Positions 1 through 8,210 of a stretch of DNA of 40,773 nucleotides are shown piece after piece. Position numbers and translations under genes: made by a program. How positions within the stretch are numbered: the first letter of the stretch is position 1; the number at the start of each line of letters is the position of its first letter. Source of the stretch: Armatimonadota bacterium (GTDB lineage Bacteria > Sysuimicrobiota > Sysuimicrobiia > Sysuimicrobiales > Humicultoraceae); the NCBI GenBank assembly GCA_052386995.1, contig JBQTJP010000131.1, positions 1 to 40,773 of the forward strand, in the 5' to 3' direction. The notes under the pieces were generated by a model, which worked only from the letters and a program-made list of their open reading frames with translations, did no database searches and was not told where the DNA came from.

Positions 1-23
1 TCCGCCACCCTCGAGGCGGACGT

Positions 24-1610
24 TTGAGCCACGTAGGTCAAGCTGCAGCTGAACCCCACCGGGAAGCCGAAGGCGGCTTCCTCTCCCTCATGCGGCATCG
101 GAATTATGCCCTGCTGTGGACGGGGCAACTCATCTCCAACGTGGGTGACCGCTTCCATTTTGTGGCGATCTCGTTGTGGGTATACGCGAAGACGGGATCT
201 GCGTTGCCGGTCACCTACGCCATGATTGCTTTACTTGCGGGCTCGGCGGTCGTCGGACCCTTCGCCGGTGCGCTTGTGGATCGACTCGATCGCCGCAAGA
301 TCCTAATCTACGGCGATCTTGCACGGGCCGCACTGGTTTTTGCGCTTCCAGATCTTATGGAATGGGGGCTCGCCTGGGTTTACTTGGCCCTCCTCTTAGT
401 TTCTATAGCCACAGCATTTTTTAGACCTGCAATGTTCGCGGCGATTCCACACAGTGTGCCCAAGGATCGGTTGCTGCAGGCGAATGCGCTCTTCGCTTCC
501 ATGAGTCAGAGTACTGAGGTATTCGGGCCGCCATTAGCAGGGCTTACCATCGCTTGGCGCGATTATCCAGCCGCGATCTATCTCAATGCGCTCAGCTTCC
601 TTGTGTCAGCAATCTTCGTGAGTGCTTTGCGGCTGCCAGAACCGGCGCCAACGACAAGCGGGCCGAATGTTGGAAGTGTTCAGCGAACGTTCGAGTCCAT
701 ACGTACGGGCCTTCGCTACGTTCGTGGTGACACAGTTCAAGTAGCATTGCTGGCCCTGGTTCTCGGCGGATTTTGGGTCATAGGGATGAATTCCCTTCAA
801 ACCCCATTGGCCAAGGGAGTGATTGGTGCAACGGACCGGCAGTTCGGGTGGTTCCAAGGCATCTGGGGTACTGGTTTCGTCGTCGGGTCGCTGCTCCTGG
901 TTTGGTTCGGCACTAGTCTGCCAAGAGGCCGTACCATCATTTTCGGCTATCTCCTATGGGCAATCGCTACAGGCGCGATGGGCCTGAGCGTCAACTACGG
1001 CATGCTAGTGATTACGGGTTTTTGGGTTGGCTTCGCAAACATGCTTGTTTTCGTGAACGTAGCGACACTGATGATGGAGTACACTCCGTCGAATACGATT
1101 GGACGAGCGATTACAACGCGGCAAGTCGTCGTGGCTGTAGTTAGCGTTATTTCGATGCTCGCATTTGGATGGCTAGCCGATTCGAGTGGTATCAGGGCAG
1201 CAGTTGTGACGATGGCCAGCGTCTCATTTGTCGGCGCTCTCGCGGCCACGGTCCGCTTTCCTGTATTGTGGCGATATGGGGTGCAAAGTGTACCCACTGA
1301 GCAGAGCGCCGGGGCAATTAGCCGTGAAACCACCCGTGGGCGGTTTCCAGGTGGCGTTGCCAGGTTCCTGGAAGATCACATTGCCCCCGACCTACCTAGA
1401 CCTGGGCAACAAACGCTTAACGCTGCGGTGCTGCTAATTGTCGGGTTTGGTTGGCTGGCGCTTGTTGTGACTCTGCCGCTTCAGGCCCTTGGACTCCTCG
1501 CCGTGGTTGGAGGAACACTCGTCATTGCAGGGGTAGCACGTTCGATTGGCCGGCGACTGAGGGCGCAATTCGGAAGGCATGAAGGCGGTGGGGGTGACGC
1601 TGCACGGTAG
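24..1610 (+). CDS. MFS transporter (DHA3/macrolide-efflux/EntS-like) with a C-terminal extension carrying two extra hydrophobic helices
   Basis: N-terminal RNYALLWTGQLISNVGD, MFS motif A (GALVDRLDRRKIL) and about 12 hydrophobic segments. TTG start with GAGG at 13-16. A TTGA overlap fits the stop of a possible upstream ORF (frame 1 reads ...SATLEADV* and ends at 27). Confidence 0.9.
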   Translation: MSHVGQAAAEPHREAEGGFLSLMRHRNYALLWTGQLISNVGDRFHFVAISLWVYAKTGSALPVTYAMIALLAGSAVVGPFAGALVDRLDRRKILIYGDLARAALVFALPDLMEWGLAWVYLALLLVSIATAFFRPAMFAAIPHSVPKDRLLQANALFASMSQSTEVFGPPLAGLTIAWRDYPAAIYLNALSFLVSAIFVSALRLPEPAPTTSGPNVGSVQRTFESIRTGLRYVRGDTVQVALLALVLGGFWVIGMNSLQTPLAKGVIGATDRQFGWFQGIWGTGFVVGSLLLVWFGTSLPRGRTIIFGYLLWAIATGAMGLSVNYGMLVITGFWVGFANMLVFVNVATLMMEYTPSNTIGRAITTRQVVVAVVSVISMLAFGWLADSSGIRAAVVTMASVSFVGALAATVRFPVLWRYGVQSVPTEQSAGAISRETTRGRFPGGVARFLEDHIAPDLPRPGQQTLNAAVLLIVGFGWLALVVTLPLQALGLLAVVGGTLVIAGVARSIGRRLRAQFGRHEGGGGDAAR

Positions 1611-1809
1611 GAGTTCGTTACTCAAAGGAAGGAAACTTCGCCGGGAGGGCGAAGGCAGACCTACCGGACCGACAGTCCAGCTACTGCGACACTCCATGTC
1701 GCTAGGATAATAGCAGTCCTCACTCGGCGCGTAGGCGCTGCAGTGGCGGGCATAAGTCAATCCCCGAGAGGAGTAGCGCGCGGAGCGGGCTCTGATCTGA
1801 GGTGGCGCG

Positions 1810-1881
1810 GTGAGAATCGTCCGCGTACTCAGTAACGGGATTGCACGAGGGATGTTGCTGGGTGTTGGTGCAGAATTGTAG
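1810..1881 (+). CDS. Putative 23-aa small peptide MRIVRVLSNGIARGMLLGVGAEL (below the ORF-track size cutoff)
   Basis: GTG at 1810 with SD-like GAGGTG at 1799-1804 (5-nt spacer) and TAG at 1879-1881. Ends 33 nt before the HD-GYP gene. Basic N-terminus with a hydrophobic/Gly-rich C-terminus. Confidence 0.5.
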   Translation: MRIVRVLSNGIARGMLLGVGAEL

Positions 1882-1914
1882 GCTGTCGGTCTGGTTTTTC
1901 ATTTGTGCTGATTC

Positions 1915-3219
1915 ATGCAGATGCTTCCTCGACAGTTTCAGTTGTTTGTGCTAGCGATAGTAGCATCTGCTACCATCGCAAACGTGTTGCTTGCTGGCGA
2001 CGTTTCATGGAACGCTTGGCGGCAGCATCTGTTGTTCTTTACCGTCTTCGTGGCCGCGTTCTTGCTGCGCGTACCCGATCCGCGTGGATGGTCGCTCGCT
2101 CCCACTGTCGTGCTAAGTTACCTTGCAATTTACACTTTTGACTTACCGACTGTACTTCTCCTGATCGGGATCGGGTGGGCGGTTGGCTCCGCAATCTCCA
2201 GGGGTTGGATACCCTGGCGAGTCATGTTCAACGGGTCCCAGGGCGCTTTCAGCGTGGCAATAGGCGGAGTGGTTTACGCCTTGCTTGGCGGGGACCCTGG
2301 TCGTATTGATGAGGCCCCCGCGTACCTCGCGATCTTTATGGCACCGCTGGCGTATCACGTTGCGAACTACTTCTTCGTCGGATACGCGGTGAGTTGTCTG
2401 CGTGGAACGCCCTTTTTAAGTACATGGCTCAATGGCGTCCGTGCATTCTTTTGGCCGAACATGCTGAGCATTCCAACCGCAGTATTGTTGGCAATTCTTT
2501 ATGCCCGGGTGCACTATGCCTCTGTAGTTGCGTACCTAGTGCTTCTACCTCTCCAGTGGCTTGCTGCTCGCTTGTATCTAAAGCGAGGTCAGTTGTACGC
2601 TCAAATCGTTGACGGCCTCGTTGTCGCGACCGACGTAAACTTCCCTTTGGGCAGAGGGCATGCCCGCCGAGTGGCTGATTTTGCTGTAGCAATCGCCCGC
2701 GAGATGCGATTGAGTGAGCCAGCCGTGGAGTCTGTCCAGTTCGCTGCATTGCTGCACGACGTCGGAATGATCGGCAAGGACGATCTGCTAGAGCGACCCG
2801 TCGTCATCGCTAAGGATGCGGAGGGTCTACAAGATCATGTGCGTGTTGGCGCGGAAATCGCAAGGGAGTTGCCCCGGAAAGAGATTGCGAACATGATCCT
2901 CCGGCATCACGAGAAGTACGATGGTACCGGCTACCCTGGGGCGCTCAGCGGTGAGTCCATTCCCTTGGGCGCCCGGATTATTGCACTGGCCGAAGCAGTC
3001 GACAGTATGGCGTCGGGTACTTTCCCATACTCTTCGGCCCTTCCGTCAGCTAGCATTGTGTCTACCATTACATCGGAGAAGGGCCGAGCGTTTGATCCGG
3101 AGGTCGTAGAAGCCTTCCTGAGGACCCTAGAGCGAGGATCCGTGGCTGTCGGCGGGACTGCGCAAAATGAAGATGAGATCGCACAGACCCCAAGACTTGG
3201 GGAGTCACCGGCGAGATGA
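1915..3219 (+). CDS. Membrane-anchored HD-GYP domain protein, degenerate active site
   Basis: About 220-aa multi-TM N-terminus (MASE-like). HD-GYP motifs GHARRVA, LLHDVGM, RHHEKYDGTGYP and IPLGARII are present, but it reads ALAEAVDSM and TFPY instead of VAD-x-FDA and RPY. Confidence 0.9.
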   Translation: MQMLPRQFQLFVLAIVASATIANVLLAGDVSWNAWRQHLLFFTVFVAAFLLRVPDPRGWSLAPTVVLSYLAIYTFDLPTVLLLIGIGWAVGSAISRGWIPWRVMFNGSQGAFSVAIGGVVYALLGGDPGRIDEAPAYLAIFMAPLAYHVANYFFVGYAVSCLRGTPFLSTWLNGVRAFFWPNMLSIPTAVLLAILYARVHYASVVAYLVLLPLQWLAARLYLKRGQLYAQIVDGLVVATDVNFPLGRGHARRVADFAVAIAREMRLSEPAVESVQFAALLHDVGMIGKDDLLERPVVIAKDAEGLQDHVRVGAEIARELPRKEIANMILRHHEKYDGTGYPGALSGESIPLGARIIALAEAVDSMASGTFPYSSALPSASIVSTITSEKGRAFDPEVVEAFLRTLERGSVAVGGTAQNEDEIAQTPRLGESPAR

Positions 3220-4451
3220 CCTACCGCGGTCGCAGAGGAATCATGCAGGCGGCGCTACTACTGGTCGCGGGCAGTTCTTTTGGCTTTGTATTCTCCGCTC
3301 AGCGCGAAGTCAACGTCGTTCTTGCAATGCTACTCATCGTGCTCGCGTGCGCAGCCGAATGGCTTGAGGTTCGACTGGGTCCACATGGAGCGTTTACGCT
3401 CCGTCCTGTCGTGGCCTTCGTTGGGCTATGGGTTGGCGGTGCCGTCCTCATGATTCTCTCCGGGATCCTCCCGGTGCTGCTGGTAAGGCCTCTAGCAAAA
3501 GGGACGACATTACTCGAGGCCTTGTCGGTCGCAGGACGGGACGCCCTGGCTTTTTGGGTCGGATACATAGCCTACATTGTCGCAGGTGAGTGGACAAAGC
3601 TGTGGCCGTTTGGTGAGTTTGTTGAAGTATCCGCCCGCAGTGTAAGCTTCCTGGGCTTCTGGGTGGTACAGGTGACGCTGCAAGCACTTGATCTCACCCT
3701 GTCCGAGGGCATTCGCTTTCTCGCCTCCCTACGGCATCTAGGCCGGCAAGCCGCAGTGCATGCCGTCGTACTGACAGCAGCCGCCATTTCGTTGAGTTAC
3801 GTTGGCTCGAGCTTTGGTCCGGTAACTATGGGCCTAGCCGTGATCGTTTTGGTCGAAGCCTACTACCCCTGGAAGCTTCTAGGTGATCAAAGCGGAGTAC
3901 TCTTGACGAGCGTGCAGATGATGGCACAGGCAGTCGACCTAAAGGATCCATACACATCTAATCATTCTCAGCGCGTGTCTCAATATGCCGTTCGAGTCGC
4001 AAGGGCAATGGGGTTGCCGGAAGACGAAGTGGAACGGATACGCATCGGGGGGCTAATGCACGATATTGGCAAGATCGGTATCAGTGGCCGCATAATCCGG
4101 AAACCCGGGAAGCTCACGTCTGAAGAGATGGCGCTCATGATGCATCACTCTTCGGTCAGCGCGGACATCATTGAACATCTGGAGATTCTCGGCGAATCGG
4201 CAGAGATGGTCCGCCACCACCATGAGCACTTCGACGGATCCGGATATCCCGATGGTTTGAAGGGCGAGGAGATCCCGCTAGGCTCCAGAATCATTCTGGC
4301 TGGTGACGCATTCGACGCTATAACGACAGACAGGCCATATCGAAAGGGGGCGAGCAAAACCGAGGCGGTCGCAATAATTCGGAAGCACGCAGGTACGCAG
4401 TTTGATACCGTTGTTGTCGACGCTTTGGAGCGCATTGCGCCATCCTTGTAG
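3216..4451 (+). CDS. Membrane-anchored HD-GYP cyclic-dinucleotide phosphodiesterase (canonical motifs)
   Basis: Multi-TM N-terminus followed by DLKDPYTSNHSQRV, MHDIGKIG, HHHEHFDGSGYPDGLKGEEIPLGSRII and GDAFDAITTDRPYR. ATGA overlap with the upstream gene. Confidence 0.93.
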   Translation: MTYRGRRGIMQAALLLVAGSSFGFVFSAQREVNVVLAMLLIVLACAAEWLEVRLGPHGAFTLRPVVAFVGLWVGGAVLMILSGILPVLLVRPLAKGTTLLEALSVAGRDALAFWVGYIAYIVAGEWTKLWPFGEFVEVSARSVSFLGFWVVQVTLQALDLTLSEGIRFLASLRHLGRQAAVHAVVLTAAAISLSYVGSSFGPVTMGLAVIVLVEAYYPWKLLGDQSGVLLTSVQMMAQAVDLKDPYTSNHSQRVSQYAVRVARAMGLPEDEVERIRIGGLMHDIGKIGISGRIIRKPGKLTSEEMALMMHHSSVSADIIEHLEILGESAEMVRHHHEHFDGSGYPDGLKGEEIPLGSRIILAGDAFDAITTDRPYRKGASKTEAVAIIRKHAGTQFDTVVVDALERIAPSL

Positions 4452-4542
4452 TATTTCGTCCTGACTTCTAACTCCACCCGCGCTTCAAAACAAATAACTG
4501 ACACGCACACATCTGCTGTCGTTGCGGTAGAGGGGGACTACC

Positions 4543-7500
4543 GTGCCTAGGCTGCGAATCACTCTTCTCGGTGGATTCTTTGTAACTTCGGGGGCAAAGC
4601 ATCTTCAACTCCACACCAGTACGGCCCATCTTCTCGCTTATCTTGCGCTCTCTTGCGGTCGACTGGTCCCGAGAACGCGCATAGCTGGCGGGCTCTGGCC
4701 CGACTTACCCGAAGGTCGGGCCAGGGCCAACCTCAGTACGTCCGTGTGGCGTCTCCGCCAGGCGTTCTCCAGACAAGGGGCCAATGCGGAGATCGTGCGC
4801 GTGAGTGAATATGCAGTAGGCATTGATGCTGACCTCTGCGAGGTTGACGTCGATGTCTTCAGACACGATTCGGTTGTACCCGGGGCTTCCGCCGTCACGT
4901 TGGATACACTTGCGCGGGCGGCTTACGCGGCAGGGCTGTATAAGGGTGATTTACTGGAGGACTGGGATCTCGAGTGGTGTTGCCTAGAGCGAGAACAACT
5001 AAGACAACGGTTCGTTCATACGCTGCGAACACTGGCAGAAGGCTTTGAGCGCATGCGTAGATATGATCTCGCGCTGCAGTATGCCAGGCGCGTCGCAGAC
5101 GCCGATCCATCTCATGAACCCGCTCAGCGCGCGATCATTCGGTTGCTCATGCGCACTGGCGACAGGGCTTCAGCCGCAAGCCAGTTTCGACGGTTTGAGG
5201 CCTATGCCAGATCAGAGCTAGGTGTCGAGCCGGACAGCCAGACGATAGCACTGTTCGGTCAGATCAAGGAGAGGTCACCCGAACACTCGACGGGCGTATC
5301 CGCAGAAGCTCGTGCTCCTATCCTTCCGGGAATGGTACCCCTGGTTGGAAGGTCCGAGGAACGCCAGCAAATCACCGCCCTGATTGATTCTGCGATGGCG
5401 GGTACCGGCGGAAGCGTGCTAATGCTGGGTGAGGCGGGCGTTGGCAAATCGAGACTAGCCGAATGGACGATGGAAGAGTGGGCGGCCCGCGGTGGGCTCA
5501 CGGCCCGTGGTCGATGTATAGAGTTCAACGATCCCATTCCCTACCAGCCAGTTCTGGACGCAATCGGCTCGGTCTCAGACATAACCGGCATCACCGGGTT
5601 CGCCACTCGGGACTCTGAGAGACTTCCGTCCATATTTGCGGATGAAGTGACAGGTGGAGCCGCCGGGTCGGGCAGATCGGACAGTCCCTGGCCAGCCGGC
5701 AAGTTCCGGTTGTTCGGCTGGCTTTTAACGAGGTTGCACAAGGTCAGCCGGCGGCGCCCGCTGCTGATCGTAGTTGAAGATCTCCAGTGGATCGATCCGA
5801 GTTCGGTGGACTTTCTGGCTTATCTGCTGGAACGCGCAAGAACAATGCGAGTGCTCGTCCTCGTGACTGCGAGACCTTCTGGAAGCAAGACAGGCAACGT
5901 TGTCGAACTCGAGAGGCTCTCTCGGCACTGTTCTGCGAATTTTCGGCTAGGCTCTCTGACTCCTGTCGAAACCGCGGACCTGGTCAAGGTTCTGCTCGAC
6001 AACCCGCGGCCCTCTCCCAGCTTGGTCAGGTCGATCTACTCAGAAACCGAGGGCAATCCGCTGTTTGTCGTGGAAACGATCCGCCTCCTTTATCAGCAGG
6101 GCAGAATGTCGGGTAGCGAAATCGCCATCAGCGTTCCTGGTGACCCCGGCAGGCTTGCCTCAGGCCAGAGGATTCCCGATGGCGTGAGGTCCGCAGTTGA
6201 ACAACGCCTCCAGTTGATCGATTCTTCGGTATTGCGAGTTGCAAGAATAGCGTCTGTTCTGGGACGGAGCTTTGATGAGGAACTGCTTGCTATGGTAGCC
6301 AGCACAGGAGCAAATCGACTGTCTCGAGCAATTGGCCGTTTGCTTCGCGCGGGTATATTCGAACGCGAGGATGGTGGTTATCGCTTCACGCACGATAAGA
6401 TTCGGGCAGTGTGCTATGAGAATTTGCCAGCACGAATGCGCAGGATCTATCATGCTCGGGCAGCCGCTGCCCTAAGCCAATTGCCGGACCTGCCAGTCCA
6501 CCGTCTCGCGTGGCACCAACACTCTGCCGGTCAATGGGGCCTTGCTACAGCGTCATGGGAGCTGGCGGGAGATCACGCGAGAACGATTCATGCACACGAG
6601 GAGGCCCTGAGAGCGTATCAATTCTCGATCGAGTGTGCGCGGCGCGATGAGGAGACTGATGCAGAGACGGCAAATCAGAGAGAAATCCGGCTACTCTTAA
6701 AGTGCGACAAGACGCTCACCGTTCTGGGAAGACCTGCGGACAGAAGGAAGATCTTGGAGCGTATCGATTTCTTGTGCGGTGCAGCGTCGAAAGGCGCGCT
6801 GCGCGCGGAGTGGTTTGTCCGAAGGGCTCTCCTTGAGGATTATACAGGCAACTGTACGTTGGCGGCGACGCTTGCTCGCAAAGCGTGGAACATCGCGCGC
6901 CTTGAAGGGGACCAGCAAGTGGAGGTTGAGGCGCTGCATGTCCTGGCATATCAGCTGGCACGTGTGGACCGCTTTCGGCGTTCTCTTGCAGTGCTGCGGC
7001 TGGCACTGAGGAGAATCGGTGACGCAAAGTCGCCTTCGATGATCAGTGCACTCATAAACATCGCTGCTGTTCACCTAGTTCTGGGCGACTATGCATCCGC
7101 GTCAGCGAATATAGAAGGGGCTTCTAGGATCGCCACCGATCTGGGGCTTCGGGCAGAGTACCTTAAACCAAGCCTGTGGCGAGGGCTTCTTGACAAGTGG
7201 AGCGGCAACGTCCGAGCCTCTCGATTGCGATTTTCTGAGTCTCTTCGGCTAGCAAACGAAGCCAATGATGCGGTTACTGCCGCGCGGCTAACCTTTCAGC
7301 TTGCCTCATTGGATGCTTTGGAGGGAAGGTTTGGAGACGCTCTTCGCAGGTTGAGAGAAGCGATTGCTGCGTGTCGGACGTTGGGTTACGCGCGCACTCA
7401 GGCTAGCGCCCTGAATGAGGTTGCGTACAGTGTAGGGCGCCTCCTGGGAAACTACACCTGGGCGTGGAACGCCTCTGCGCATGGACTCAGACTGCCGGTG

Positions 7501-8184
7501 ACAGTAGAGAGCAAGTATCTTTCTTGGATGATCAGGGACTCACAAGTCATGCTTCTCCTGGATATGGGGCGTGTCGACGAAGCAATGACCGAAATTACTG
7601 AAGTCCTTCGTCTGATCGATCCTGGCACTACATCCCTGGCTCTCATGGCTCCTCTCATGGAGTCCCTCGCAAGGCGCGGCACGATTTGGCTTCAGTTGGG
7701 AAATCCTAACCGGGCCTTGGTTGACCTGGAGGAAGCTAGGCGAGCGCAGGTGGAAATGGGCCATCGGCTCTTACTTGTCGACACCTTGACACATCTCGCC
7801 CTTGCGCATGCCACACTCGGCGACGCTGAGCGTGCCCTGCTGATCTCAACCGATGCACTTAGCCTGCTTGCCGAGATCGGCCACGCCAACCATCAACCAC
7901 AGCGTATCTTCTGGCACCACTATCTCGTCCTCGAGAAGTTCAATCGCGAGCCGCGACTGCAGTACCTCAAACGCGCCGTCGAGTTCATCGAAGCGCAGGC
8001 TGCAACCGTCTCCAAGGCCCAGGCGCGTAGGTTCCGGCGGGATGTGCGCCTGAACCGCGAGATCCTGGAAGCCTGGGAGCGACATAAGCAAAACCTTCAG
8101 CCCACGGTCGATGAGAGGGCCGTTACGCCCACAGCGCATGAGCCTGCCTCTGTGGCACCTGCGTCAGCCTTGCCCACCATGTAG
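4543..8184 (+). CDS. Large SARP/AfsR-like regulator: N-terminal winged HTH + BTAD, STAND (AAA_16-like) ATPase, TPR-like C-terminus
   Basis: LRITLLGGF...LLAYLAL...LWPD...ARANL (SARP DNA-binding domain). LYKGDLLE...LGVEP (BTAD). Walker A GEAGVGKS, Walker B LLIVVEDLQW, TEGNPLFV, ASVLGRSF and YRFTHD, then Ala/Leu-rich helical repeats. GTG start after AGAGGGGG. Confidence 0.9.
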   Translation: MPRLRITLLGGFFVTSGAKHLQLHTSTAHLLAYLALSCGRLVPRTRIAGGLWPDLPEGRARANLSTSVWRLRQAFSRQGANAEIVRVSEYAVGIDADLCEVDVDVFRHDSVVPGASAVTLDTLARAAYAAGLYKGDLLEDWDLEWCCLEREQLRQRFVHTLRTLAEGFERMRRYDLALQYARRVADADPSHEPAQRAIIRLLMRTGDRASAASQFRRFEAYARSELGVEPDSQTIALFGQIKERSPEHSTGVSAEARAPILPGMVPLVGRSEERQQITALIDSAMAGTGGSVLMLGEAGVGKSRLAEWTMEEWAARGGLTARGRCIEFNDPIPYQPVLDAIGSVSDITGITGFATRDSERLPSIFADEVTGGAAGSGRSDSPWPAGKFRLFGWLLTRLHKVSRRRPLLIVVEDLQWIDPSSVDFLAYLLERARTMRVLVLVTARPSGSKTGNVVELERLSRHCSANFRLGSLTPVETADLVKVLLDNPRPSPSLVRSIYSETEGNPLFVVETIRLLYQQGRMSGSEIAISVPGDPGRLASGQRIPDGVRSAVEQRLQLIDSSVLRVARIASVLGRSFDEELLAMVASTGANRLSRAIGRLLRAGIFEREDGGYRFTHDKIRAVCYENLPARMRRIYHARAAAALSQLPDLPVHRLAWHQHSAGQWGLATASWELAGDHARTIHAHEEALRAYQFSIECARRDEETDAETANQREIRLLLKCDKTLTVLGRPADRRKILERIDFLCGAASKGALRAEWFVRRALLEDYTGNCTLAATLARKAWNIARLEGDQQVEVEALHVLAYQLARVDRFRRSLAVLRLALRRIGDAKSPSMISALINIAAVHLVLGDYASASANIEGASRIATDLGLRAEYLKPSLWRGLLDKWSGNVRASRLRFSESLRLANEANDAVTAARLTFQLASLDALEGRFGDALRRLREAIAACRTLGYARTQASALNEVAYSVGRLLGNYTWAWNASAHGLRLPVTVESKYLSWMIRDSQVMLLLDMGRVDEAMTEITEVLRLIDPGTTSLALMAPLMESLARRGTIWLQLGNPNRALVDLEEARRAQVEMGHRLLLVDTLTHLALAHATLGDAERALLISTDALSLLAEIGHANHQPQRIFWHHYLVLEKFNREPRLQYLKRAVEFIEAQAATVSKAQARRFRRDVRLNREILEAWERHKQNLQPTVDERAVTPTAHEPASVAPASALPTM
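7883..8081 (+). repeat. Conserved ~199-bp 3' segment, copy 1 (copy 2 at 11550-11748)
   Basis: 56/63 identical residues (QPQR...EAWER) and a 30-nt perfect DNA match (8040-8069 vs 11707-11736). Confidence 0.85.
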
Positions 8185-8210
8185 TCGGTTGCTGCCGTCG
8201 GAGGGCCAGC

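Noticed and set aside
1720..1902. 60-aa minus-strand ORF in the MFS/HD-GYP gap as a possible RiPP precursor
   Set aside because: No SD, opposite to the operon direction, no leader/core pattern, and it overlaps the better-supported + strand sORF.
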